Part shown: positions 40,742-51,428 of the stretch, piece by piece
Numbering within the stretch: the first letter of the stretch is position 1
Layout: each line of letters begins with the position of its first letter
NCBI GenBank assembly: GCA_963714015.1
Contig: OY970223.1
Location: 1,888,001 to 1,952,000, forward strand
Direction of reading: 5' to 3'
Length of the DNA: 64,000 nt
Source: Vulcanimicrobiota bacterium
GTDB lineage: Bacteria; Vulcanimicrobiota; Vulcanimicrobiia; Vulcanimicrobiales; Vulcanimicrobiaceae
Notes under the pieces: generated by a model
Seen by the model: the letters and a program-made list of their open reading frames with translations, nothing else
What the model was told of the DNA's origin: nothing
Database searches by the model: none
Made by a program: the position numbers and the translations under genes

Positions 40742-41293
40742 CTAGACCGCTGCTGCTTCCTGCTCTTTAAAGCGTTGGTACGCTTCCTGGATGATGCGCC
40801 GGGCAGCCGCGGCATCTTGCCAGCCCTCGGTCGAAGTCTCCTTGCCCTCCAGCAACTTGTAGGTCTCGAAAAAGTGCTGGATCTTGCGCACGGTGTGAGG
40901 AAAAATCTGCGTGTAGTCGTGAATGCCCTCAAAGGACGGTTCACCGACCGGTACGGCTAGGACTTTGTCGTCTTCCTTGCCTTCGTCGAACATCTTCAGC
41001 AGCCCAATCGGCCGGGCAGCGACCAAGCAGCCCGAAAAGGTCGGTTCGATCGTCAGAATCAGCACGTCGAGCGGGTCGCCGTCCAGCGCCAGAGTCTGGG
41101 GCGTAAAACCGTAATCGCCGGGATAGTGGATCGGCGAGTGCAGCGCGCGATCGAGCCGGAAGATGTCGAGCGACTTGTCGTACTCGTACTTGTTGCGAGA
41201 GCGCTCCGGGATCTCGACGACGACGTTGATTTCGTCCGGCGCCTTCTCGCCGAGGGGGAGATGCAGATAGTTCTTGGGAGCAGGCAGCGGCAT
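40742..41293 (-). CDS. ppa: Soluble family I inorganic pyrophosphatase
   Basis: VEIP..SRNKYE, YPGDYG, DGDPLD, DDK, FFETYK. Confidence 0.94.
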   Translation of the reverse strand: MPLPAPKNYLHLPLGEKAPDEINVVVEIPERSRNKYEYDKSLDIFRLDRALHSPIHYPGDYGFTPQTLALDGDPLDVLILTIEPTFSGCLVAARPIGLLKMFDEGKEDDKVLAVPVGEPSFEGIHDYTQIFPHTVRKIQHFFETYKLLEGKETSTEGWQDAAAARRIIQEAYQRFKEQEAAAV

Positions 41294-41352
41294 ATCGGCC
41301 CCGGCTTTCCGCGCCCGGAGAACGCGTCCCCCCAAGCGAAACCTCCCGCCGC

Positions 41353-42536
41353 ATGGTCGAGGACGTCGAATTCTTGGTAGTAGGTTGCGGCCCGTCGGGT
41401 GGAATTGCGGCGCGCGAAGCAGCCGCCCGCGGCATCGAGACGCTGGTGCTCGAGAAGGACAGCGTCGTCGGCGCGAAGCGCGTTTGCGCCGCCGGTTTGC
41501 GACCGGGCTTCTGCGAAATCTTCGACGTGCCGCGATCGATCGTGCATTGCGACACACCGCGCCTCGCGCTCTTCGACGTCGATTTCCGGGAATACGAAGT
41601 CTTCTTCGGACCCGGACACACGACGACGCGTGAAGAGCTGGACGGCACGATTGCGGATCTCGCGCGATCGGCCGGCGCGCAGGTGCGCACGTCGGCGCTC
41701 TTTCGATCCGTGCAGCGCGACGGAAATCGGATTCTGGTGGACTACGTCGACACGGCGGAATCACAAAGGCGCACGGTGGCCGCGCGCCACGTGTTCTTCG
41801 CACAAGGCTCGACCGCAAAATTGGAAGAGAGCGATTTCGCATACGGGCGCTGGTCCGAAGGACTCATTACGACGTTGCAATACCGCGTCTATTTGGAACG
41901 TCCGGCCGCGGCTATTGCATATCAAACGCTGGAGATGCATTACTTTCCGGCGCATGACGGACGAATGTCCGTTGCATGGATGTTCCCCAAGCGCGATCAT
42001 CTGGCAATCGGTTTGGGCGTCATGGGAAAGATTCCGGGAGTGCAATTGCGCGCAGAGCTGGATCGTTTCACACGCGCGTGCAAGAGCGCCTCTATCCCGG
42101 GATAGCGCACACGATCAAGCTGGAGGGACACCTGCTTTACGGCAGCGATCCGCGTCCGGAGATCGGTGCGAACGGCGCGATGGTCGGCGGTACGGCCGCC
42201 GGACTCGTAGACGCCACCAATGGCGAGGGGATTTACGAAGCCGCGATGAGCGGCCGGTTTGCTGCGGAAGCCGTTGCGAAAAGCCGGCTGGGAACCGGTT
42301 CGGCGCACGCGGCATACGCGCGAGCCGTCAAACGCCGGTTTTACCGCCGGCTGCGCCACCGCTCGCATCTGATGCGGTTTCTCGAAGCCCGGCCGGCGCG
42401 CTTTGCGCTGCTTTTCGAACAGCTCGCGAAGGCTCCGCGCTTTGCCGACATCTTGCAGCGGGAAGACCACGAGCGCTCCATGCGCGATCGCTTGTATCTC
42501 TACGGGCAAGCCTTACGCTTTGCCGTCCGTGCCTAA
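41353..42536 (+). CDS. Geranylgeranyl-reductase-family FAD oxidoreductase (frameshift near 42075)
   Basis: VVGCGPSG, CAAGL, WMFPK, AAGLVDATNGEGIYEAAMSG. Confidence 0.8.
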
Positions 42537-43370
42537 TTGCTGGTTACGATCACGGACACCGAGTTTCGACAACTTCGCGAAGCGATTCGCGAGAAGTTCG
42601 GCATTTTCTACGACGATTCGAAGTTGTTTCTGCTGCAGAGCCGCCTGCAGACCCGGCTGCTCAAGCGAAGCGTTCCGGACTTTACCGCTTATTATCGCTT
42701 CTTGACGACCAATCCCCAGCGCGAGAGCGAGTGGGACGACCTGGCGTCGGTACTCTCGAACAACGAGACGTATTTTTTTCGTGAACGCGCGCAATTGGAC
42801 GTGCTTACGCACGAGGTGCTCGAGGATTACAAGCGCAGCGGCGCGCCCAAACTGCGCGTTTGGTCAGCCGCGTGCTCGACCGGGGAAGAGCCGTTCTCTC
42901 TAGCGATGGCGCTTCTGGAGACGTTCCGGCTGCCCGCTTCGGAGATTCAGATCAAAGCGAGCGACATTTCGCCTCGGGCGCTGGAGAAGGCAGGCATAGG
43001 TTTCTATCGAGAACTTAGCTTTCGCGCTACCCCGCCGGGGTTGATTCAGAAATACTTCCGGCCCTTCGAAGGCGGCTTCCTGATCTCGGACGAGATTAAG
43101 CGGATGGTCCAATTCTTCCGAATCAATCTGTTAGATGATCAGTCCGTGGCCAAAGCCGGCCCGGTAGACGCAATTTTCTGCCGGAACGTGCTCATCTATT
43201 TCGACAAGCCGACGCAGAAACGCGTCGTCGAAGCTTTCGCGCGCGCGCTGCGGCCGCGCGGTTACCTTTTCCTGGGCCACGCCGAATCGATCATTCGCTT
43301 AACGGATCGCTACGAGCCGGTCGTCACGCCCAAGGCGATCTACTATAGATTGAAAGCCGATGCGCATTAA
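42537..43370 (+). CDS. cheR: Chemotaxis protein methyltransferase
   Basis: NETYFFRE, WSAACSTGEEP, IFCRNVLIYF, LFLGHAES. Confidence 0.94.
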   Translation: MLVTITDTEFRQLREAIREKFGIFYDDSKLFLLQSRLQTRLLKRSVPDFTAYYRFLTTNPQRESEWDDLASVLSNNETYFFRERAQLDVLTHEVLEDYKRSGAPKLRVWSAACSTGEEPFSLAMALLETFRLPASEIQIKASDISPRALEKAGIGFYRELSFRATPPGLIQKYFRPFEGGFLISDEIKRMVQFFRINLLDDQSVAKAGPVDAIFCRNVLIYFDKPTQKRVVEAFARALRPRGYLFLGHAESIIRLTDRYEPVVTPKAIYYRLKADAH

Positions 43371-44424
43371 CGTCCTGGTGGTCGACGACTCGGCTTTCAT
43401 GCGCCGGGCGATCACGAAGATGCTGGAGAGTGAACCGGAAGTGACCGTCGTCGGGACGGCGCGCAACGGCGAAGAGGCTATTGCCAAGACCGAACAGCTC
43501 AAGCCTGACGTCATCACGATGGACGTCGAGATGCCGGGCATGGGCGGGCTCGACGCGTTGCGTCAAATAACGACGCGTTGCGACGTTCCGGTTATCATGG
43601 TAAGCGCCCTCACGCAAGAAGGCGCAGAGACGACGCTGCTTGCGCTCGAGATTGGCGCCGTCGACTTTATTCCGAAGCCCGATTCGGCATACGTCAACAT
43701 CAGCGACGTTGCGCGCGATCTCATCGCAAAGATTCGCATCTTTGCGAGCCGGCGCGCGGCCCCCAGGAGCGGTGCGCGTCCGAAAGTCTCGCTCCCGCCG
43801 CTGCTTCCGCATATCGCGCGCCCGGGCCGCGACGTCTTCGAATGCTTGGCAATCGGCACGTCCACCGGAGGACCGGTCGCGCTTTCACATATCATCCCTT
43901 CGCTGCCGGGCGACTTTCCGGTTCCGGTGATCATCGTGCAGCATATGCCGGCCGGCTTTACGCGGCCGCTCGCGGATCGTTTGAACTCCACGAGCAAGCT
44001 CACGGTGGTAGAGGGCGAAGAAGGGATGCCGGTTCAAAAAGGCTTCGCCATCGTCGCACCGGCAGGCCGGCATCTGACGCTGCGCCGCACCGGTACGGGT
44101 CTATTCGAAGTCGCGCTGCAATCGGACGATCGGCGTTCGCTGCATGTTCCGAGCGTCGACGTGATGACCGCCTCGGTTGCCGACGCCTACGGTGTAGGGA
44201 CGCTCGCAGCCATTTTGACCGGTATGGGCCAAGATGGGGTCATTGGTTTACGCCGTGTAAAGGACGCCGGCGGTTTTGTCGTGGGGCAAGACGCAGCCAC
44301 CTCCGTCGTCTACGGCATGCCCCGAGCGGCCGCCCAAGCGGGTTTGGTGGATCGCGTGCTGCCGCTGGATCAAATCGCCCCGGCTCTGTGCGAACTCACG
44401 AACACTTCCTTCGCGCGCTCTTAA
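43360..44424 (+). CDS. cheB: Chemotaxis response regulator protein-glutamate methylesterase
   Basis: REC domain (VVDDSAFMR, DVEMP); GTSTGGP, QHM, LTGMGQDG, YGMP. Confidence 0.95.
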   Translation: MRINVLVVDDSAFMRRAITKMLESEPEVTVVGTARNGEEAIAKTEQLKPDVITMDVEMPGMGGLDALRQITTRCDVPVIMVSALTQEGAETTLLALEIGAVDFIPKPDSAYVNISDVARDLIAKIRIFASRRAAPRSGARPKVSLPPLLPHIARPGRDVFECLAIGTSTGGPVALSHIIPSLPGDFPVPVIIVQHMPAGFTRPLADRLNSTSKLTVVEGEEGMPVQKGFAIVAPAGRHLTLRRTGTGLFEVALQSDDRRSLHVPSVDVMTASVADAYGVGTLAAILTGMGQDGVIGLRRVKDAGGFVVGQDAATSVVYGMPRAAAQAGLVDRVLPLDQIAPALCELTNTSFARS

Positions 44425-44521
44425 CGCAATTCTGTGTAAGGAGCAGGCGAGATCAGTAGGAGCAGCCACCCGTTCGGGCAATAATGCCTTCTGCTACGGA
44501 CAACCGTCCTTCGGAGCGTGA

Positions 44522-45361
44522 ATGAGACTGAACCGAAGTTCGCACCGCTACGTGATCGGCGGCGTCGAACTCTCCCGAGAAGAGATCGTTCACAAGTATT
44601 TGCATCTCGTCAAGTACGTGGCGGGCCGCATCTCCGTCAATCTGCCTCCGAACGTCGAGCTCAACGATCTCATCAACGACGGCATCCTCGGTCTGATCGA
44701 CGCGATCGAGAAATACGACGACGGGCGCGGCGTAAAGTTCGAAACGTACGCCATAACGCGAATCAACGGCGCGATTTTGGATGCGCTGCGATCGCTCGAT
44801 TGGGTTCCGCGCGCAGTCCGTCAGCGGGCTCGCGAACTCGAGCGCGCCTACCAGCAGATCGAAGCGGAATTCGGCCGCGTGCCTACCGAAGACGAACTTG
44901 CCGGGAAACTGGGCATTACGCGCAAGGAGCTCGACACGCTCATGCAGCGCGTGCGCGGCACGTCCGTCCTTTCGCTCGAAGAGTTCTTGCCCAACGAGAA
45001 GGGCTATGAGATTCCGCTCGTCGATACGCTCAAAGATTCCGGCAACGACGTTACCGCGGCCGTCGAACAGCGCGAGATCAAAGCCTCGCTGGTTACCGCC
45101 GTCCAAGATTTGCCCCCGCAAGAACGCACCGTGATCTCGCTCTATTACTTCGAAGGCTTGACCCTCAAAGAGATCAAGAGCGCGCTCAACGTCTCCGAGT
45201 CCCGCGTATCCCAGATCCATGCCCAAGCGGTCATTCATCTGAGGCAGAAGTTGCGGGAGCTCAAGTCCGATCTGGGGTACCGTGAGGGCGACCCCAACGT
45301 CAAACAGAAATATTTACGCAAAAACCCTCCGGCTGCCGATAACGTAACTAGGGCCGGTTAG
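44522..45361 (+). CDS. fliA: Sigma-28 (FliA/WhiG/SigD) factor
   Basis: KFETYA..RINGAILDALRSLDWVPR, LTLKEI...VSESRVSQIH. Confidence 0.93.
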   Translation: MRLNRSSHRYVIGGVELSREEIVHKYLHLVKYVAGRISVNLPPNVELNDLINDGILGLIDAIEKYDDGRGVKFETYAITRINGAILDALRSLDWVPRAVRQRARELERAYQQIEAEFGRVPTEDELAGKLGITRKELDTLMQRVRGTSVLSLEEFLPNEKGYEIPLVDTLKDSGNDVTAAVEQREIKASLVTAVQDLPPQERTVISLYYFEGLTLKEIKSALNVSESRVSQIHAQAVIHLRQKLRELKSDLGYREGDPNVKQKYLRKNPPAADNVTRAG

Positions 45362-45410
45362 GCGCAGCGCACGGCGGGCGCCCGGCTGGTCCGGCGAGAA
45401 GGCAACCGTC

Positions 45411-45737
45411 ATGGCGATTAGACCGGTAGATTTGCAGCTCGCGTACTTGGCCGGTCCACAGAACGCGGCCACCGTGAGCAGCGCGCAACAAGCCCCGCAA
45501 GCCGCCCAACAGGCGGCTCAGTCGGCATTTGCCGCCGAGCTCACCAAGCGCGAAGAGTCCGTTGACGAGCCTCAACACGTCGAGGGCCAAAAAATTCGCG
45601 ATCGCCGCGAACGCAATCCGTCGGAGCAGCAGCGCCGTAACGGACGCCGGTATCCCGAACGGACCGATGAGCAGGGACTCTTCTCGCCGGAGTATGACGG
45701 CGGCGAGGACGAGCACCTCATCGACTTCACCGCGTAG
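45411..45737 (+). CDS. Conserved hypothetical flagellar-region protein
   Basis: MAIRPVDLQ... with C-terminal HLIDFTA; sigma28 -10 element GCCGATAA at 45335-45342 upstream. Confidence 0.65.
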   Translation: MAIRPVDLQLAYLAGPQNAATVSSAQQAPQAAQQAAQSAFAAELTKREESVDEPQHVEGQKIRDRRERNPSEQQRRNGRRYPERTDEQGLFSPEYDGGEDEHLIDFTA

Positions 45738-45800
45738 ACCCTATGTACGGCATGAGCCGGGTCGCCGCGGAGGCTCTCGGGCGCGGCCCTCCCGATCGAC

Positions 45801-47441
45801 TTGTCCGCGGACCTCCTTGCGCAGATATCGGTGGGCGACGTCCTCGAGGCGATGGTCTTAGCGCCCCAAAACGGTCAGGACCTCATCCAGATCTTGGGCC
45901 GGCAAGTTGCCGCGCAGCTTCCTCCGGGAATACATCCGGGCGAAGTGCTGCTGCTTCAGGTGACCGGTTTTTCGAATACGCAGATTTTCGTGCAGAATCT
46001 GGGGCCGTACGACGGCCAGAATCCGCCCGCTGCACTCCTGCCGGATCCTTCGGCATCGGTCGTTCTTACCGCGGCCACGCAAAATGATGCCCCGGCCGCG
46101 CCTTCACCCCCATCACCGCCCGTACCGCCGGCGAGAACGCCGGCCGCGCCGCCGCCGTCGGTTTTCGTTGCCGCTTCCGTCCGGCCGGCCCCGGCAGCAC
46201 AAGGCAACGGCGGTGCCGCCGAAGCCGTAAATTCCGCCGTACAGCGCGCGGCCGCGATCGCGAACAGCGTCGAAGCGCGCATCGCCGCAGCGCAAACGGC
46301 AAAGCCGCCGCAAACCGTTCAACCGCAAGTGTTTACACTGCGGCCCGCGATGACCGGAGCCGCACCACCGGTCCGGCCGTCGCCGGTACAGGCCGCGGTG
46401 CAGAACGCAGTGCAGAACGCCGCCGGGACCGCGCAGCGCGTGATTCAAACGGCTGCCGATCTCATCAAGACCTTGCGGCTTCCGGATACGCCGCTCGTCC
46501 GGACCGCGTCCGCGATAGCGCCTCAGGCTGCAGGACGTTTGCCTGCGGTGCTCGCTCGACTTGAAGCGGCCCTGCCGCGAGAGTCGGCAGATCCTCGCGT
46601 GTCGACGCTCCGCATAATCGCCGCATTCGTTGCGCGGATCGCGCCGCAGAACGAGGAGACGCTGGCCGCCCAAATATCGGCGTACGTTTCAAACGCCGTT
46701 GAAGGGGCGGAGTCCAAACTGGTACAGCTGCTCCAGGCTGCCGGATCGGCTGCTGCCGGTCAATCGCCGGATTTCGGCGGTAAGGCCGCGGCGCGCGAGC
46801 AGACGCCGGTCTCGGGTCCCGCGCAGCATCCGGACGCGCGCAGTGCGCCGATCGTGCAGTCGGCCTCCCAAGGACGCGCGCTCGAACGGGCTGCGGCGAT
46901 CGACCACGACCTCAAATCGCTGGTGCTCTCGTTGCTGCGCGATCCGCCTGCCGAGCGCGGCACGACGCTGACGCAAGCGCTCAACGAGACGCTGATCACG
47001 CTGACGGGAACGCAGCTCAACACGCTTTCGAATAGTTTGAACGATGCGCGCGCCGTTACGATAGCGCTTCCCGTTTTTTATCGGGAGGGCGGAAAGCCGG
47101 CGCAGATTCGCATCAGTCGCGACGGCGACGGAACCGCTGCGAAGCTCGACGCCGACAATTTTCACATCGCATTCGTCTTGGATACGGCGAATCTCGGAAC
47201 AGTCGCCATCGATCTGCAGACCGCGGGACGCGCCGTGAAGGTCGATGTAAAAACGGAACAATCCAGGGCCGCTTCGAGATTCTCCGACACTCTGTCGGCG
47301 TTGCGATCGCGCCTGGAGGATCTGCGTTATCGCGTCTTGTCGGCCGGAGCGAGCGTCGCGGAGCGCAGAACGGCGCAGGTTCCGGCGCGCACGGAGCAAA
47401 GGCCGGGCCGCAGCAGTTCCGGCGTGGACATGCGCGCGTGA
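45801..47441 (+). CDS. FliK-like protein (hook-length control C-terminal domain); true start may lie near 45752 behind a frameshift
   Basis: Pro/Ala-rich body; C-terminal FHIAFVLDTANLGTVAIDL; overlaps the FlhB-like gene. Confidence 0.65.
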   Translation: MSADLLAQISVGDVLEAMVLAPQNGQDLIQILGRQVAAQLPPGIHPGEVLLLQVTGFSNTQIFVQNLGPYDGQNPPAALLPDPSASVVLTAATQNDAPAAPSPPSPPVPPARTPAAPPPSVFVAASVRPAPAAQGNGGAAEAVNSAVQRAAAIANSVEARIAAAQTAKPPQTVQPQVFTLRPAMTGAAPPVRPSPVQAAVQNAVQNAAGTAQRVIQTAADLIKTLRLPDTPLVRTASAIAPQAAGRLPAVLARLEAALPRESADPRVSTLRIIAAFVARIAPQNEETLAAQISAYVSNAVEGAESKLVQLLQAAGSAAAGQSPDFGGKAAAREQTPVSGPAQHPDARSAPIVQSASQGRALERAAAIDHDLKSLVLSLLRDPPAERGTTLTQALNETLITLTGTQLNTLSNSLNDARAVTIALPVFYREGGKPAQIRISRDGDGTAAKLDADNFHIAFVLDTANLGTVAIDLQTAGRAVKVDVKTEQSRAASRFSDTLSALRSRLEDLRYRVLSAGASVAERRTAQVPARTEQRPGRSSSGVDMRA

Positions 47442-47752
47442 ACGGCCGTTTCTTCGATTTTCGCAAGAAAGTCGCGCCCCGTCCCGCAGCGGCCGCGCTG
47501 CGATACGATCCGGTCGGAGACGACGCGCCGCAGCTTATCGCGGCAGGGCGCGGATTGATCGCCGAAGAGATCGTCCGTCTTGCGAAAGAGCACGCGATTC
47601 CACTCCACGAGGACGCTCAGCTGGTCGAAGCGCTCGCGCGTTTGGAACTGACGGAATCCATCCCGCGCGAACTCTACGCCGTCGTGGCGGAAGTGCTCGC
47701 GTACGTGTTTCGCGTCGATGCTGCCGCAGCGCGCCGCAGCCACGCTCGCTAA
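47438..47752 (+). CDS. Stand-alone FlhB cytoplasmic-domain-like protein
   Basis: AALRYD..APQLIAAGRGLIAEEI, IPRELYAVVAEVLAYV. Confidence 0.88.
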   Translation: MNGRFFDFRKKVAPRPAAAALRYDPVGDDAPQLIAAGRGLIAEEIVRLAKEHAIPLHEDAQLVEALARLELTESIPRELYAVVAEVLAYVFRVDAAAARRSHAR

Positions 47753-47756
47753 GCGG

Positions 47757-49064
47757 CTACAACGAAGCTTCTGCCTCGCCTTCGGCCAAAGCCGGCGCGT
47801 TCGTGTGCTCGGAGGGTTTGGCGATTTTGTCGTAGATCCACAGCAGCAGCGTGGTCAGAAAGCCCACCGCCGTAACGGCCGGCCAAATCAGCGCGGGTTG
47901 ATGCGTTACCTCGCCGAAGTGATGCAGCAGCGTTCCGCCGAACCATCCGCCGACGAACGAACCGATGCCGATCGGCAAGAACGCGAAGCCCATGTAGGTA
48001 CCCTGCTGTCCCCGCGGCGCCAGACGCGAGATGTACTCGTAATAGCGCGGCGCCTGCGTGATTTCCCCGAGCGCAACCAGCACCAGACTCAATACCGCCG
48101 TTATGACGCTGCCTCTCGCAGCGATGATTAGCCAGCCGGCCGACGTCAGCAACGTTCCCAGCACAATCGCTTGAAATGCCGGCATCCGGCGCGTAACGGC
48201 GCTCACGGCGACGGTGAAGCAAATCACGATGAGCGGGTCCGTGATGAGAATCATCGCCGTATTGGCGTTGGGATTGACGTAATTCTGAATGTAGATCGGC
48301 AGGATGAGGTACTGCTGCCAGAAGACGATCCAGAAGCCCGAAAAGATCAGAAGAAACACGACGAATCGAACGTTGCTCAGAACGACCAGCAGATTTCGTC
48401 CCACTTGTCCGAGCGCCGGTATAGGCTCCGTGCTGCTGCGGCGCGGTTCCTTGAAAAAGATCACCACGACGAAGATCATGAGAAAAACGCTGAGCGCCGC
48501 CAGCATGAAGACGCCCTCGGGACGCATGCGTGAATGCATCCATCCGGCGAGAAACGGTCCGGCGGTGCTGCCGATGTTGACCATGGTGTAGTAGATCGCG
48601 TAGCCGACGGAGCGGACGTTTTCTTTGGACGCGCGGGCCGTCGTTCCGACGACGGAAGGCTTGACCAGCGCAATGCCGAGCGCCGGTAAAAACAGAACGA
48701 CGCCGACGAGCAATCCCAGCGGTATCGTGCTGCGGACCGGAGCGAACCACGGCGCGCCGATCGAACCGATTAAGAAATACGCGCACGTGAGAATGAAGTA
48801 CGCCGTCGAGAGCGCGCGCCGGAATCCGATCTTGTCCGCGAGCGCACCGCCGAAAACCGCCATTACCCAGACGGCGCCCCCGAAGAGTCCACTCAGGGTT
48901 GCGGCGGTCGCGCTGGGAAACCGCAGCGAGTCGTGCAGGTAGAGCGCGAGGACCGAAAAAACGGCGTAGTATGACAGCCGTTCGAAAATCTCGCTGATGT
49001 TGGCGACCCAGAACGGGCGCTCGAATCCCGTCCGGACTTCGTCAATCCGCTGCGCGAAGCTCAA
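47757..49064 (-). CDS. MFS transporter, POT/peptide-H+ symporter-like
   Basis: EIFERLSYY (ExxERxxYY), GALADKIG, YYTMVNIG; 12 TM pattern. Confidence 0.85.
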   Translation of the reverse strand: MSFAQRIDEVRTGFERPFWVANISEIFERLSYYAVFSVLALYLHDSLRFPSATAATLSGLFGGAVWVMAVFGGALADKIGFRRALSTAYFILTCAYFLIGSIGAPWFAPVRSTIPLGLLVGVVLFLPALGIALVKPSVVGTTARASKENVRSVGYAIYYTMVNIGSTAGPFLAGWMHSRMRPEGVFMLAALSVFLMIFVVVIFFKEPRRSSTEPIPALGQVGRNLLVVLSNVRFVVFLLIFSGFWIVFWQQYLILPIYIQNYVNPNANTAMILITDPLIVICFTVAVSAVTRRMPAFQAIVLGTLLTSAGWLIIAARGSVITAVLSLVLVALGEITQAPRYYEYISRLAPRGQQGTYMGFAFLPIGIGSFVGGWFGGTLLHHFGEVTHQPALIWPAVTAVGFLTTLLLWIYDKIAKPSEHTNAPALAEGEAEASL

Positions 49065-49137
49065 CGCGTTTTCCTCAGTATCATGAGCGAGGGTTTTCTA
49101 GGCTGGCTGCTTGGAGCCTTACGGAGCGGAGGTTGAG

Positions 49138-49308
49138 ATGTTGACCAAACTGCGCGAATTCTTCGTGACCTGGCTGCGCGTCGTCCGGGGCTCCCGCAAG
49201 CGTCCTCCGGGCGAACCGCCGGCGGGCGCAGGTGTCGGGGCCAAATTGCCTCCGACGGTGCCCTCACTCTCCGGCGCCAACGCGCGCGCCTTTCCGCCGG
49301 AAGAATAG
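49138..49308 (+). CDS. Small protein (56 aa)
   Basis: GGAGG RBS; MLTKLREFFVTWLRVVRG followed by a Pro-rich tail. Confidence 0.5.
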   Translation: MLTKLREFFVTWLRVVRGSRKRPPGEPPAGAGVGAKLPPTVPSLSGANARAFPPEE

Positions 49309-49327
49309 CTCGGTCTACTCACCTACC

Positions 49328-49341
49328 CGAACAGGAGTTCG
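49328..49341. promoter_or_regulatory. Candidate LexA (Gram-positive-type) SOS box
   Basis: CGAAC-AGGA-GTTCG, 27 bp upstream of ftsY, which is co-directional with recA-recX. Confidence 0.55.
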
Positions 49342-49368
49342 ATTCTTGCCGGTGAAGGGGGCATACCC

Positions 49369-50286
49369 GTGAGCTTTTTCGCCAAGATTCGAGCTTCATT
49401 CGGGAAAGCGCGTGAAACGCTCGCGGGAGTCCAGGCGCTCGGGCGAGCCCGCCGGCCGATTACGGCCGAGGTCTGGGAAGAGCTGGAGGAGTTGCTGCTC
49501 CTGGCCGACTTCGGCGTACCGACGACCGAGAAGATCGTATCCGGCTTGAAAACCGTGGCGAAGCAAGAACTTTGGGCCACGAGCGATCAAATGGTCGCCC
49601 GTTTTCGCAAGGATGTCGAGCGGTTTCTCACGCTGCCGAACGCCGAACTGAATCTTTCCAACGGCCCGGCCGTGGTGCTGGTAGTCGGCGTCAACGGCAG
49701 CGGTAAGACCACGACGATCGGCAAGCTCGCAACGCGTCTAACCAAAGAGCGCAAGCGCGTCCTGCTCGTCGCGGCTGATACGTTCCGGGCCGCGGCGGCG
49801 GAACAACTTGCGATATGGGCCGATCGCAGCGGCGCCGATTTCATTCGCGGCAAAGAAGGCGCCGATCCGGCGTCCGTCGTCTTCGACGGATTGCAGGCCG
49901 GCAAAGCTCGCGGTGCGGACGTCATCTTGGTCGACACGGCCGGGCGTCTGCAAACGAAGACGAATCTGATGGAAGAGCTCAAGAAAATGCGGCGGATCAT
50001 CGAGCGTGAAACCGGCGCCCCGCCGGCTGAGACGCTGCTCGTGCTCGACGGCACTACCGGACAGAACGCGATCTCGCAGGCACGGCTCTTCCACGAGGCG
50101 ACTGCGCTTACCGGCGTCGTCGTGACGAAGTTGGACTCTACCGCAAAAGGGGGCGTCCTCGTTGCGATCGTCGATACGCTCGAGGTTCCCATCAAATTCG
50201 TGGGTTTGGGTGAATCCGCCGACGCGCTTCGACCATTCCTCCCTTCGGAGTTTATCGAAGCGGTCTTTGAAGGCTCGGAATTTTGA
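49369..50286 (+). CDS. ftsY: SRP receptor FtsY (NG domain only)
   Basis: GVNGSGKTTT, DTFRAAA, DTAGR, DGTTGQ, TKLDSTAKGG. Confidence 0.96.
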   Translation: MSFFAKIRASFGKARETLAGVQALGRARRPITAEVWEELEELLLLADFGVPTTEKIVSGLKTVAKQELWATSDQMVARFRKDVERFLTLPNAELNLSNGPAVVLVVGVNGSGKTTTIGKLATRLTKERKRVLLVAADTFRAAAAEQLAIWADRSGADFIRGKEGADPASVVFDGLQAGKARGADVILVDTAGRLQTKTNLMEELKKMRRIIERETGAPPAETLLVLDGTTGQNAISQARLFHEATALTGVVVTKLDSTAKGGVLVAIVDTLEVPIKFVGLGESADALRPFLPSEFIEAVFEGSEF

Positions 50287-50381
50287 AGACGGCAATTTCA
50301 ATGCCAGGGTGTTGGCATTAGACGGTGATAGCGTGATACTCGTAATAACGTACGCACTTTAGGACAGGAGAGCAGAAAACA

Positions 50382-51419
50382 ATGGCAGCGCAAGACGAAC
50401 GGCAAGCCGCCCTGAGCAACGCACTGGCGCAGATCGAGCGGCAGTTCGGCAAAGGCTCCATCATGCGCATGGGTGAGATCCAGGAACGCATGTCGTTCGA
50501 GGTCATACCTTCCGGCTCCATCGCCATCGATTTGGCTTTGGGCGTCGGCGGTTTTCCGCGCGGGCGTATCGTCGAAATTTACGGTCCGGAGTCCAGCGGT
50601 AAAACGACGCTTGCGCTGCATGCCATTGCCGAGGCGCAAAAAATCGGCGGTACGGCGGCGTTCATCGACGTGGAGCACGCGCTGGATCCGAATTACGCGG
50701 CGGCCCTCGGCGTCGATTTGGATAATTTGCTCGTCTCACAGCCGGACACCGGCGAACAGGCGCTCGACATCGCGGAGATGCTGGTCCGCAGCAATGCGGT
50801 CGACGTCATCGTCGTCGACTCTGTAGCCGCACTGGTGACGAAGGCCGAACTCGAAGGCGACATGGGAGACACCCACGTCGGTTTGCAGGCGCGGCTCATG
50901 TCGCAGGCCCTGCGCAAACTCACGGCAGCAATATCGCGCAGCAAATCCGTCATGATCTTCATCAATCAGCTTCGCGAAAAAGTCGGCGTCATGTTCGGCA
51001 GTCCCGAGACCACTTCGGGCGGCCGGGCGCTCAAGTTCTACGCTTCCATCCGCTTGGACGTGCGCAAGCTGGAGCAGATCAAGGTAGGTCAGGAGGTCGT
51101 CGGATCGCGGACGCGCGCCAAGGTCGTGAAGAACAAAGTCGCCCCGCCGTTCCGTCAAGCCGAGTTCGACATCACCTATGGCCGCGGAATCAGCAAGATG
51201 GGATCGATTCTCGACGTGGCGCTCGAACGCAACGTCGTGGGCAAGAGCGGTTCGTGGTACACGTACGGTGAGACGCGTATCGGTCAAGGACGTGAGAACG
51301 CGAAGTCTTATCTCGAAGAGCATACGGACTTGGCCGACGAGATCTCGGCGCGCATTCGCGAAGAGATCGCCGGTAACGTTTCGCGCAACGGTTCGGCGCA
51401 GCCGGTCGCCTCGGAGTAA
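50382..51419 (+). CDS. recA: Recombinase RecA
   Basis: [33 protein letters not shown]. Confidence 0.99.
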   Translation: MAAQDERQAALSNALAQIERQFGKGSIMRMGEIQERMSFEVIPSGSIAIDLALGVGGFPRGRIVEIYGPESSGKTTLALHAIAEAQKIGGTAAFIDVEHALDPNYAAALGVDLDNLLVSQPDTGEQALDIAEMLVRSNAVDVIVVDSVAALVTKAELEGDMGDTHVGLQARLMSQALRKLTAAISRSKSVMIFINQLREKVGVMFGSPETTSGGRALKFYASIRLDVRKLEQIKVGQEVVGSRTRAKVVKNKVAPPFRQAEFDITYGRGISKMGSILDVALERNVVGKSGSWYTYGETRIGQGRENAKSYLEEHTDLADEISARIREEIAGNVSRNGSAQPVASE

Positions 51420-51428
51420 CCGGCGCAC

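Noticed and set aside
40742..41842. 366-aa extended pyrophosphatase
   Set aside because: The extension is antisense to the reductase gene; Ppa starts at 41293.
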